Below are positions 21,786 through 30,619 of a stretch of DNA of 64,000 nt, one piece after another. Within the stretch, counting starts at the first letter, position 1; the number at the start of each line of letters is the position of its first letter. Below the pieces are notes generated by a model. The model was given only the letters and a program-made list of their open reading frames with translations, searched no databases and was not told the origin of the DNA. The position numbers were made by a program, and so were the translations under genes. This DNA is from Planctomycetota bacterium. GTDB taxonomy: Bacteria; Planctomycetota; Phycisphaerae; SM23-33; FEN-1343. The DNA lies in assembly GCA_012514895.1 (NCBI GenBank), contig JAAYZK010000249.1, forward strand, positions 24,217 to 88,216, read 5' to 3'.

Positions 21786-21843
21786 CCCATCCCGACGCGC
21801 CGGCGCCCGGATCGCCGCGCGCGTGGACCACGGGAGTACATCC

Positions 21844-22938
21844 ATGAGTGAAACGCTGACCAGCAGGGAACGCGTTGCCCGCACCCTCCGCCGCGAGCCG
21901 GTCGACCGCGTCCCTGTCGGCGAGTCGTTCTGGGCCGACACGCAGGCGAGATGGACCGAGCAGGGCCACGTCCGGCCCGGTGCGAACCTGGCCGAGCACT
22001 TCGGCCACGATTACCGCCTCATGTGGGCCTTCAACACCGTCGCCGACCTCGACTTCGGCGAGCGGATCGTCGAGGAGACCGACGAAACCAAGCTCGTCCG
22101 CAACGGCAACGGCGCCCTGCTGCGGTGGTGGAAACACAAGAGCGGTACGCCCGAGCACGTGGACTTCCTCGTCACCGATCGCGCCGGCTGGGACGAACAC
22201 GCCCGCCCCTACCTGGTCAACGCCGACAACTACCGCCGCCGGATCAACTTCGAAGGCTATCGCAGGACCAAGGCCTACTGCGCCGAGCGGGAGCTGTTCT
22301 TCATGTGGTCCGGCGTCAACGTCTTCGAGATGATGCACCCGGTGTGCGGCCACGAGTACATGCTCATGGGCATGGCGCTGGACCCCGATTGGGTCAAGGA
22401 TATGTGCGACGTCTACGCGACGCTCACGATCGACCTGATGGAGATCCTCTTCGCCGAGGAGGGCCTGCCTGACGGGATCTGGTTCTACGAGGACATGGGC
22501 TTCAAGCAGCGCCCCTTCATGTCGCCGGCGATGTACCGCGACATCATCTTCCCCGCCCACAAGCGCACCTGCGACTACGCCCACGCCAGGGGCCTGCCCG
22601 TCGTGATGCACTCGTGCGGCTACGTCGAGCCGCTCCTGCCGGGCATGATCGAGGCGGGGATCGACTGCCTCCAGGCGATGGAGGTCAAGGCCGGCATGGA
22701 CCTGCTGAAGCTCAAGCAACACTACGGCGACCGCATCGCCTTCTGCGGGGGCCTGGACATCCGCGAACTGGAAAGCAACGACCTCGCCCGCGTCAGGGCC
22801 CTCATCGACGCCAAGCTCCCCGCCGCCATGGCCGGCGGCGGCTACATCCTCCACACCGATCACAGCGTATCCAGCCGCGTCGACTACGAGACGTATCGGA
22901 CGTTCGTCGAATACGGGCTGAAGGTGGGGACGTACTGA
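21844..22938 (+). CDS. Uroporphyrinogen decarboxylase (URO-D) family protein
   Basis: MSETLTSRERVARTLRREPVDRVPVGE..., then a TIM-barrel-like body ending GGGYILHTDHSVSSRVDYETYRTFVEY, typical of URO-D/MtaA-like enzymes. Confidence 0.6.
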   Translation: MSETLTSRERVARTLRREPVDRVPVGESFWADTQARWTEQGHVRPGANLAEHFGHDYRLMWAFNTVADLDFGERIVEETDETKLVRNGNGALLRWWKHKSGTPEHVDFLVTDRAGWDEHARPYLVNADNYRRRINFEGYRRTKAYCAERELFFMWSGVNVFEMMHPVCGHEYMLMGMALDPDWVKDMCDVYATLTIDLMEILFAEEGLPDGIWFYEDMGFKQRPFMSPAMYRDIIFPAHKRTCDYAHARGLPVVMHSCGYVEPLLPGMIEAGIDCLQAMEVKAGMDLLKLKQHYGDRIAFCGGLDIRELESNDLARVRALIDAKLPAAMAGGGYILHTDHSVSSRVDYETYRTFVEYGLKVGTY

Positions 22939-22971
22939 ACGGGGGATTCCCCGCCCGCCGCCGGCGGCCGC

Positions 22972-23604
22972 TCATTCGCCGAACACGGCCGTCTTGCCCG
23001 GCTGGAGGATCTTGACCGGGCAGCCGGCGTTGGCGAAGGCTTCGGCGTCGGCCAGTGTGCCGACGATGTCGCCGAAGTGGTAGGGGATGGCGACGGCGGG
23101 GGTGATCCGCCGGGCGGCCTGGGCGGCTTCGGCGGCGTTCATGGTGTAGGTTCCGCCGACCGGCAGGAGGGCGACGTCGATGTGCTCCAGCCGTCCCATT
23201 TCCTCGATGAGGTCGGTGTCGCCGGCGTAGTAGATCCTCAGGCCCCCCAGCGCGATCACCACGCCCAGCCCGCCGGCCGACAGCGGATGGAAGCGCTTGG
23301 CCGGGTTGTACGCCGGCAGCGTCCGGACCTCGATGCCCGCCAGCGTCACCGTCTGGTTGGGGGACGCCGCGTGACCGCGCCCCAGCCGCGCGACGGCCGC
23401 CGTCGACGCGAGGATCTCCGTGTCCGCCCTGGAGACCTTGGCGATGTCGTCGGGGCTGAGGTGGTCGTAATGCTCGTGCGAGACGATCACCAGGTCCGCG
23501 TCGTGCGGGGCGCCCTCGATCTTCCACGGATCGATGTAGACCACGCGCCCGCCGGCGGCCAGGCGGAAACTGGCGTGACTCAACCATGTCAGTTCGACAG
23601 CCAT
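22972..23604 (-). CDS. MBL-fold metal-dependent hydrolase
   Basis: LTWLSHASFRL...VVYIDPW...DLVIVSHEHYDHL (HxHxDH motif); about 210 aa, like the UPF0173 family. Confidence 0.75.
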   Translation of the reverse strand: MAVELTWLSHASFRLAAGGRVVYIDPWKIEGAPHDADLVIVSHEHYDHLSPDDIAKVSRADTEILASTAAVARLGRGHAASPNQTVTLAGIEVRTLPAYNPAKRFHPLSAGGLGVVIALGGLRIYYAGDTDLIEEMGRLEHIDVALLPVGGTYTMNAAEAAQAARRITPAVAIPYHFGDIVGTLADAEAFANAGCPVKILQPGKTAVFGE

Positions 23605-23975
23605 CGTACTGCCTTTCCGTAATACGCCCTCGCGGCCGGCCGAGACACAGAATCATAGAGGTGGACAGGCTGCCGTACAAGGCCGGGCGCGACGCGCGGG
23701 GGATCGGGACACTGGAATGGGACCGCCGTCCGGCGGGATTCCGCATCCTCAGCCCGCGCCGGCCATTGCCAAACCCCTCCTGGCCGGGTATGCTCGCGCC
23801 CCGAGCAGAGAGGAGCCGCCATGCCGCATGCATCGACGCAGGAATGGGTTGATCGCGCCCGCCGGGCCGGCAACGCGCCCGAACCGGGCGCCGTCTGCGA
23901 GACGCGGGTGGCGCTCATCGCCGGCGGTCTTCAACTGCAGGATGCCGCCAGACACCTTTATCCGGAGAACCGACC

Positions 23976-25385
23976 ATGGACACCCCGCTGACCTTCGCAC
24001 TGTACTTCGGCAACCGCGGCTTCTTTCCGGAGAAGCTGATCGCCGCCGCCCGGACGGAGCTCACCGGCGCGCTGGGGCGCCTGGGCTACGGCACGCTGCT
24101 GATGGATGAGTCGCTCACGCGGTACGGCGCCATCGAGGGCACCGAAGACGGCCGCAAGTACGCCAGGTTCCTGGCCGACCATCGGGGCGAGTACGACGGG
24201 GTCATCCTGTGCCTGCCGAACTTCGGCGACGAGACGGGCGCCATCGCCGCCCTGGCCGAGTGCGGGGCGCCGATCCTGATCCAGGCCTACCCCGACCAGT
24301 TCGGCAAGATGGGCTTCGCCGACCGCCGCGATGCCTTCTGCGGGAAGTTCTCGGTCATGGACGTCTTCTGGCAGTACGGCCTGCCGTTCACGACGCTGCA
24401 GCCGCACGTCGTCGCCCCGTCGGACCCGGCGTTCGAGGCGAACGTCCGCCAGTTCGCCGCCGTCTGCCGCGTGGCCGGCGGCATGAGGCGCCTGACGGTC
24501 GGGGCGATCGGCGCCCGCACCACGGCGTTCAAGACGGTCCGCTTCGACGAGCTGACGCTCCAGCGGTACGGCATCACCACCGAGACGCTGGACCTGTCGG
24601 AGGTCTTTCTCCGCGTCCGCGACGTGAAGACCACCGACGGAAAGTACCGCGCCAAGGCCGAGCGGCTGGGCAATTACGTCAGTTGGAAGGGCGTGCCGGC
24701 CGGGAAGCTCGAAACGCTGGCCAAGGTCGGCGTGGCGCTGGACGACATCGTCGCCGAGTGCGGGCTGGACTGCATCGCGGTCCACTGCTGGATCGAGATG
24801 GAGCGGGAACTGGGCGTGGCGCCGTGCGTCCTGCTGAGCGAGATGAACGACCGGGGCGTGGTCGCGGCGTGCGAACTGGACGTGTGCAACGCCGTGCCGA
24901 TGGTCGCCCTGCGCCTGGCGTCGGGGCGGGCGGCCACCTGCCTGGACTGGAACAACAACTACGGCGACGACCCGGACAAGTGCATCCTGTTCCACTGCGG
25001 CCCGGTCCCCCAGAGCCTGATGGCCGGCAAGGGGCGGATCGTCGAGCACCCGATGTTCGCCAAGTCCTTCGGCGCCGGCTGCGGGTGGGGCTGCAACGTC
25101 GGGCGGATCGCCCCGACGGCGATGACCTTCGCCAGCTCCAGGACCGCCGAGGGCAAGCTCTGCTGCTACCTCGGGCAGGGCGAGTTCACCGACGACCCCA
25201 TCGAGGAGGGCTTCTTCGGCTGCGCCGGCGTGGCGCGCATCGACCGGCTGCAGGACGCCCTGGAGTACATCGGGCGCAACGGCTACCGCCACCACGTCAG
25301 CGTCACCGCCGGCCACGTCGCCCCGGCGCTGCGCGAGGCCTTCACCACCTACCTGGGCTACACGCTGACCGACCTGGCCCGGTAG
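23976..25385 (+). CDS. L-fucose/L-arabinose isomerase-like protein
   Basis: N-terminus FALYFGNRGFFPEKLIAAARTEL...DGVILCLPNFGDETGAIAAL and length (~470 aa) resemble fucose-isomerase-family proteins. Assignment is from memory of family patterns. Confidence 0.5.
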   Translation: MDTPLTFALYFGNRGFFPEKLIAAARTELTGALGRLGYGTLLMDESLTRYGAIEGTEDGRKYARFLADHRGEYDGVILCLPNFGDETGAIAALAECGAPILIQAYPDQFGKMGFADRRDAFCGKFSVMDVFWQYGLPFTTLQPHVVAPSDPAFEANVRQFAAVCRVAGGMRRLTVGAIGARTTAFKTVRFDELTLQRYGITTETLDLSEVFLRVRDVKTTDGKYRAKAERLGNYVSWKGVPAGKLETLAKVGVALDDIVAECGLDCIAVHCWIEMERELGVAPCVLLSEMNDRGVVAACELDVCNAVPMVALRLASGRAATCLDWNNNYGDDPDKCILFHCGPVPQSLMAGKGRIVEHPMFAKSFGAGCGWGCNVGRIAPTAMTFASSRTAEGKLCCYLGQGEFTDDPIEEGFFGCAGVARIDRLQDALEYIGRNGYRHHVSVTAGHVAPALREAFTTYLGYTLTDLAR

Positions 25386-25477
25386 GCCACGAACCTTCCG
25401 GGCATCGATCCTGGGGCGATTCCAGGGCCCCGGTGAAGATGTTTGCGGCCCGCCGCCCGTTCGGCGACAATGCCCCC

Positions 25478-26680
25478 ATGGCACAGCCGTTGCGCACAAC
25501 CGTGATGTGGGGTCTTAAGATCGCCGTGGCCATCGGCTTACTGGCCTGGGTGCTCTGGGGCGTCAAGTGGCACGACGTCGTGGCGACCGCCGCCGGCCCC
25601 TCCCTGGCCGTGACGGGCGCCCGGGCGACCGACGCGGGGCTGGCGGTGACGACTCTCGACGGCGGGCAGGTCGTCCTGGACTGGGCGTCGATCGTCCCGG
25701 CCGAGGGGGCGGCGGCGGCGCCGTCGGCGGCGGCGTACGTGCGGCCGGGGTTCGCCTCGGCCCTGCGGGGGATCCGACCGTCCCTGCTGGCGGCGGCGGT
25801 GCTGTGCTCGTTGGCGACGGTGGTCGGCACGGCGGTGCGGTGGCGGCGCCTGGCGGCGGTGCAGGCCGTCGAGCTGTCGCGCTGGCAGGCGGTCCGCCTG
25901 ACGTGGATGGGGGCGTTCTTCAACTATGTCATCCCCGGCACGACCGGCGGCGACCTGATGAAGGCCTGGTATGCCGCCACGCACGCCCCGACCCGCAGGA
26001 TGGGCAGCCTCGTGTCGGTCCTCATGGACCGCGCGCTGGGCCTGGCGGGGCTGGCGCTGCTGTCGGCGGCGATGCTCGCCGGCGTCGCGGCGGCGGCGGC
26101 GTGGTTCGGTCTGGAGGCGGGCTACACCGGACGGCTGGGACCCATCGCCGTCGGCCTGGCGGTGCTGCTGGCGGCCCTGGCCGGCGGGGTGGTCCTCGTC
26201 TTCAGCCGCCGGGTGCGCGAGGCCCTCCATCTCCAGAAGCTCTACAGCCGCCTGCCGCTGGCGCAGTACCTTCGCTCGGCCGACGCGGCCCTCGCCCGCT
26301 ACCGCCGCGCCGTCGGCGCCGTCGCGGGGGCCATGGCGCTGACCATCGCGATCCACCTGCTGTTCGTCGCCTCGATCGGCCTGCTGGGCGCCAGCCTGGG
26401 CGCGGGCATCCCCTGGTACCAGTACGCCATCTGCGTTCCGCTGATCTACATCATCGCCGCGGTCCCCATCGTCCCGGGCGGGGTGGGGCTGGCCGAAGGC
26501 CTCTACGTCGCCGTCTTCGCCGCCTGGGCGCCCGAGAGCCGCATCCTGGCCATGGCCCTGCTGGCGCGGCTGGTGCCCATGCTGCTGGCCCTCCCGGGCG
26601 TCCTGGTCGCCGTCGGCGGCCCGGCGCACCCCTCGGCCGCCCGCATGAAGGCCGAACTGGGGGCCGACGAGGCGGCATAG
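25478..26680 (+). CDS. Flippase-like / lysylphosphatidylglycerol-synthase TM-region (UPF0104) family membrane protein
   Basis: Multi-pass membrane protein with NYVIPGTTGGDLMKAWYAA and VPIVPGGVGLAEG motifs. In-frame ATG inside track ORF 24209..26680; ATG 25439 is an alternative start. Confidence 0.55.
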   Translation: MAQPLRTTVMWGLKIAVAIGLLAWVLWGVKWHDVVATAAGPSLAVTGARATDAGLAVTTLDGGQVVLDWASIVPAEGAAAAPSAAAYVRPGFASALRGIRPSLLAAAVLCSLATVVGTAVRWRRLAAVQAVELSRWQAVRLTWMGAFFNYVIPGTTGGDLMKAWYAATHAPTRRMGSLVSVLMDRALGLAGLALLSAAMLAGVAAAAAWFGLEAGYTGRLGPIAVGLAVLLAALAGGVVLVFSRRVREALHLQKLYSRLPLAQYLRSADAALARYRRAVGAVAGAMALTIAIHLLFVASIGLLGASLGAGIPWYQYAICVPLIYIIAAVPIVPGGVGLAEGLYVAVFAAWAPESRILAMALLARLVPMLLALPGVLVAVGGPAHPSAARMKAELGADEAA

Positions 26681-26806
26681 CGACTTGGGGCTTCTGGTGC
26701 GGCCGCAGACGGGAGCGCCGATCCCGCCGTGGGTGGTTCGATGCTGGCGCGCCCCGCGCCTCAGGCCGCCCCGGACATCTGCTTAAGGTCTTCCCCCCGT
26801 CTGCCG

Positions 26807-27613
26807 ATGAAGAACGTGGATCTACTGCAGCGATTCCGTGCCCCAATGGACCGGGAAATGAGCGCAAAAGGCGGTGTCCAGGAACGGGTTGTGTCGATAC
26901 TCGCCGAAGGCGCGCTGCGGAATCTCCACCTGGACTGCTTCCTGGGCGACGCCGACGACGGGACGTTTGCCTCCCGGATGCTGCACTATGGCGACGAGCG
27001 GCTGTGGATCGCCGACCTGACGCACGTGGGGCGGGTGACCCGGGACGCCCAGGGCCGCACGCTGGTCTGTTCGTGCCGCCTGGGGCGGGACATCCTGCGG
27101 TTCAGCGGGGTGATCCTCGGGCGGCGGGGCTTTCAGTTGAACGCCGATCGCCGGATTCCGGCGCTGGTGCTGAAGGATCTGACCGAGCCGCGGGTCGTGC
27201 AGCGGCGGCGGTACTTCCGGGTCCCGCTGGCCGGCCACGACTCGGCCGACGTGACGTTGTGGGTGATCGACCCGTTCGACGAAGCGGGGAGCGTTCAGGG
27301 CGAGGTCCGCGGCAGGCTGGTGGATCTCTCGGGGGGCGGGGCCGGCGTGGTGCTGATCGACACGGCCGGCCTGGCGGACCTGGGGGACAAGCAGTTGTGG
27401 GCCCGTTTCGCACTGCCCGGCGAGAATGAGAGCCTTTTGTTTCGCGTGGGGCTGCGGCACCTGCGGCCGATGGCCGACAGCCGGGCCCAGCACGCCGGGA
27501 TCGAGTTCATCGAGTACGTCGATCCGGGCCGGCACCAGCGCGTCGTGGACGACCTGGTGCGCTTCGTCTCGCGACAGGAGCGCATCCAACTGCGGCGCCG
27601 CAAAGATCGATAA
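26807..27613 (+). CDS. PilZ-domain protein (putative c-di-GMP receptor)
   Basis: RxxxR motif (QRRRYFRVPL) and D-x-S-x-x-G motif (GRLVDLSGGGAGVVL) at PilZ spacing. ATG 26807 is in frame within track ORF 26729..27613. Confidence 0.7.
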   Translation: MKNVDLLQRFRAPMDREMSAKGGVQERVVSILAEGALRNLHLDCFLGDADDGTFASRMLHYGDERLWIADLTHVGRVTRDAQGRTLVCSCRLGRDILRFSGVILGRRGFQLNADRRIPALVLKDLTEPRVVQRRRYFRVPLAGHDSADVTLWVIDPFDEAGSVQGEVRGRLVDLSGGGAGVVLIDTAGLADLGDKQLWARFALPGENESLLFRVGLRHLRPMADSRAQHAGIEFIEYVDPGRHQRVVDDLVRFVSRQERIQLRRRKDR

Positions 27614-27625
27614 GGACGAGACGTC

Positions 27626-28420
27626 ATGGCGGTTCAGCAATCGGTTGCCTCTGAACGCATCCGCGACATCCTCGAGATCTCCGCGCTGCGCAACACCCCC
27701 CTGGCCCTGACCTGCCGCGTCGACCAGACCTGGCAGACCTTCCGCAGCCGGTTCCTGGGCATGCGAGAGGGGAAGATCTGGATCGAGTATCCCGCGGCCC
27801 CCGAAGGCGACGACCGCCCGCCGCCCCCCCTGGCGGTCGGCCAGAAGGTGGGCATCGCGTTCAAGCAGCGCCACCACAAGTACGTCTTCTCCACCGGCGC
27901 CGCCCAGACCGCCACGTTCCGCCTGGGGCCCGACACGGTCGTCCGGGGCGTCTGCCTGGCCTGGCCCGCCCGGATGCACCAGCTCCAGCGGCGCGCCTTC
28001 CAGCGCGTCGAGGTGCCCCAGGACCGGCGCGTGTTCGTCGAACTGTGGGAAGGCGGGTCCGACATGGAGCCCTCCTCGGCCCTGCGCGACCGGCTCGTGC
28101 TCCACGGGCAACTGGTCGACCTGTCGGTGGGGGGCTTCCAGCTCCGCCTGCTGGGCGACGGCGACCCGCGGTTCCAGACCGGCGCCCCCCTCGGCGCCTC
28201 CCTGCTCAACGCCGACGGGAACGACCCCATCAAGCTGGACTGCCAGTTCCGCCACACCAACGCCGACGAGTTCGGCACGACCCTGGGCGTCCAGATCGTC
28301 GGCCTCAACGAGACCGCCGGCGGCCGCAGGACCCTCGAACGTCTCGGCCGCATCCTTCACGGCTTCCAGCGCGACGCGACGATCGGGGCCGAGCCCGCCC
28401 GCGTCCGCGCCGGCTGCTGA
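27626..28420 (+). CDS. PilZ-domain protein with YcgR-like N-terminal domain
   Basis: QRRAFQRVEV (RxxxR) and GQLVDLSVGGFQLRL (DxSxxG). About 110 aa of N-terminal PilZN-like region. Starts 13 nt after the previous PilZ gene. Confidence 0.7.
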   Translation: MAVQQSVASERIRDILEISALRNTPLALTCRVDQTWQTFRSRFLGMREGKIWIEYPAAPEGDDRPPPPLAVGQKVGIAFKQRHHKYVFSTGAAQTATFRLGPDTVVRGVCLAWPARMHQLQRRAFQRVEVPQDRRVFVELWEGGSDMEPSSALRDRLVLHGQLVDLSVGGFQLRLLGDGDPRFQTGAPLGASLLNADGNDPIKLDCQFRHTNADEFGTTLGVQIVGLNETAGGRRTLERLGRILHGFQRDATIGAEPARVRAGC

Positions 28421-28441
28421 CGCCGCGGGCCGGTGCGAGCC

Positions 28442-29377
28442 ATGGCCAAGGCCGCCAAACCACTGAAACTCGCCCTGATCGGGTGCGGCCGCCGCGGCCT
28501 GGGGGTCTACGGCCCGGCCCTGGCGCACTGCGCCGCCGAGCAGCCCGGGCGCATCGGCCTGGCCGTCGCCGTCGACACCGACGCGGGGCGGGCCCGGGAG
28601 GCCTGCGGGCAGTTCGGCTTCGCGGCCGCCGCCGAAGACATCGCCGCCGCGCTCCGCGACCACAAGCCCGACCTGTGCCTGCTGGCCCTGCCGGCCGACC
28701 AGACGATGATGCAGGGCGCCCAACTGCTGGCCCAGTCGATGCCCTGCACGCTGGAACTGCCGCTGGGCGACTCGCTGGAGGCGATGATGGAGCTGTCCGA
28801 GGCCGCCGCCGAGGGCAAAACCCCCCACGCGGTGGTGCTCAACCGGCGGTTCCACCCCTGCCTCACCCGCGCCGGCCGCTGGGCCCGCCAGATCGGTCCG
28901 GTCCGGTCGATCGACTGCACGCTGGCGACCGGCGGCCCCCTCGACGCCGCCTGCGCCGCCGCCGTGACCCACGCCGTCGACGTCCTGGCCCACCTGGCCG
29001 GGCGGGCCGGCGGGTACACGCTGGCCGCCGGCCCCGTTGTCACGGTCCCGCTGGGCGAGGCCGTCGTCGGCACGCTCCGCCTGCAGGGCGAGGCGCCGGC
29101 CCCCCTGGAGCGCTACACGATCGCCGGCAGCGGCTTCCGCGCCGTCGCCACGGTCCAGGCCCCCGAGGGCCCGTCGCTGCGGTGCTTCCGCGGGGACCGC
29201 ATGGAAGTCGACATCGCCGTCCCCGACGCCCCGGACGGCACCGGCGACGCCCTCGCCGCCGTCCTGGGCGCCCTTGCCGCCGGCAAGCGCCCCGCGCCTG
29301 CCATCGACGACGCCATGCCCGCCGCCGACCTCGCCTGGCGGATCGCCGCCGAACTGGCCCGCGCGGCCGTGGCATGA
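28442..29377 (+). CDS. Gfo/Idh/MocA-family oxidoreductase
   Basis: N-terminal Rossmann motif KLALIGCGRRGLGVYGPAL plus PDLCLLALPAD. ATG 28442 preferred to the track's GTG 28433. Confidence 0.6.
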   Translation: MAKAAKPLKLALIGCGRRGLGVYGPALAHCAAEQPGRIGLAVAVDTDAGRAREACGQFGFAAAAEDIAAALRDHKPDLCLLALPADQTMMQGAQLLAQSMPCTLELPLGDSLEAMMELSEAAAEGKTPHAVVLNRRFHPCLTRAGRWARQIGPVRSIDCTLATGGPLDAACAAAVTHAVDVLAHLAGRAGGYTLAAGPVVTVPLGEAVVGTLRLQGEAPAPLERYTIAGSGFRAVATVQAPEGPSLRCFRGDRMEVDIAVPDAPDGTGDALAAVLGALAAGKRPAPAIDDAMPAADLAWRIAAELARAAVA

Positions 29378-29404
29378 GGGGGCCGGCCGTGGTACGATGC
29401 GCCC

Positions 29405-29947
29405 ATGAGTGCCACCAAACGTGCCGTACCGGAAACGATCGGCGTCTGGCCCACGGCCGCCGGGCCGATGGGCGGCGTCCGCGGACCTGACGGGCTGCGG
29501 CGGATCATCCTGCCGCACTACGCGATGGACGACCTGCGGGCTCTGCTGGCGTGGGAACACGCCGGCGCCGCGGCCGATGACGCGGCGTTCGAGGACGTCG
29601 CGGCCCTGTGCCGGGCGTACTTCAACCGCCAGGCCGTCGACTTCGCCGACGTCCCCTGCGACCTGTCCGCCGTCGGACCCTTCGCCCGCCGGATCCTCCA
29701 GACCTGCCGCACCATCCCCTACGGCCAGACCCGCACCTACACGCAACTGGCCCTCATGGCCAAGGAGGACGGCAAACAGCGGGCCGCGGCCCAGGCGCTG
29801 GGGGCCAACCCGGTCCCGCTGGTCATCCCCTGCCACCGCGTCGTCGCCGCCGGCGGGGGGCTGGGCGGGTTCACCGCCGAGGGGGGCGCGGACCTCAAGA
29901 AACGCCTGCTCGACCTCGAGCGCGCCGTCGCGGGAAGCGGGGGCTGA
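29405..29947 (+). CDS. ogt: Methylated-DNA--protein-cysteine methyltransferase
   Basis: IPYGQTRTYTQLA...ALGANPVPLVIPCHRVV (PCHR active-site motif). Confidence 0.85.
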   Translation: MSATKRAVPETIGVWPTAAGPMGGVRGPDGLRRIILPHYAMDDLRALLAWEHAGAAADDAAFEDVAALCRAYFNRQAVDFADVPCDLSAVGPFARRILQTCRTIPYGQTRTYTQLALMAKEDGKQRAAAQALGANPVPLVIPCHRVVAAGGGLGGFTAEGGADLKKRLLDLERAVAGSGG

Positions 29948-29949
29948 CC

Positions 29950-30519
29950 GTGGCGCTGATCACCATGTTCGGCATCGCCGTCGCCCTGGCCATGGACGCC
30001 CTGGCCGTGTCGATCGCCGCCGGCATCAAGATCCGCCGGGTCCGGCACGGCCACGTGCTGCGGGCGGGGGTCTGCTTCGGCCTGTTCCAGTTCGGCATGC
30101 CCGTGATCGGCTGGTTCGCCGGCAAAACGTTCGCCCGGTGCGTCTGCGCGATCGACCATTGGATCGCCTTCGCCCTGCTGGCGGCGCTGGGGGGCAAGAT
30201 GCTCTACGAGGCCCGCGGCCACGACCCCGCGCCGACCGGCCACGCCGCCGATCCCACGGTCGGCTGGTCGCTGCTGCTGCTCTCGGTCGCCACCAGCATC
30301 GACGCCCTGGCCGTCGGCCTGAGCCTGGCCCTGCTGGGCGTGTCCATCTGGCTGGTCGCCGTCATCATCGGCGTGGTCACCTGCACCCTCTCGGCCCTGG
30401 GCATCCTCTTCGGCGGCCGCCTCGGCCACCGCTTCGAGCACGCCGCCGAGGCCTTCGGCGGGATCATCCTCATCGCCATCGGGGTGAGGATCCTCATCAG
30501 CCACCTGATGGGGGGGTAG
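29950..30519 (+). CDS. mntP: Manganese efflux pump MntP
   Basis: VALITMFGIAVALAMDALAVSIAAG... and a second half SVATSIDALAVGLSLALLG (duplicated DUF204 motif). GTG 29950 lies 3 nt after the ogt stop; ATG 29965 is an alternative. Confidence 0.75.
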   Translation: MALITMFGIAVALAMDALAVSIAAGIKIRRVRHGHVLRAGVCFGLFQFGMPVIGWFAGKTFARCVCAIDHWIAFALLAALGGKMLYEARGHDPAPTGHAADPTVGWSLLLLSVATSIDALAVGLSLALLGVSIWLVAVIIGVVTCTLSALGILFGGRLGHRFEHAAEAFGGIILIAIGVRILISHLMGG

Positions 30520-30619
30520 GCGGTGTCTGAGAATGCCGGCGGGCGCTGCCGTGGGAACTGTCTGGCCGGCCGGGGCGAATCCCTGCGGGGACCGGCACGA
30601 GTTGCACGGAGGGCGATCC

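Noticed and set aside
15759-22863. Two minus-strand ORFs of 1168 aa (15759..19265) and 1322 aa (18895..22863)
   Set aside because: They are antisense to three + strand genes that have signal peptides and recognisable domains. They have no motifs and a low-complexity composition.
22957-22968. Perfect 12-nt palindrome GCCGCCGGCGGC between the convergent URO-D and MBL genes as a bidirectional terminator
   Set aside because: It has no loop and no flanking T/A runs. Such GC palindromes occur by chance at this composition.
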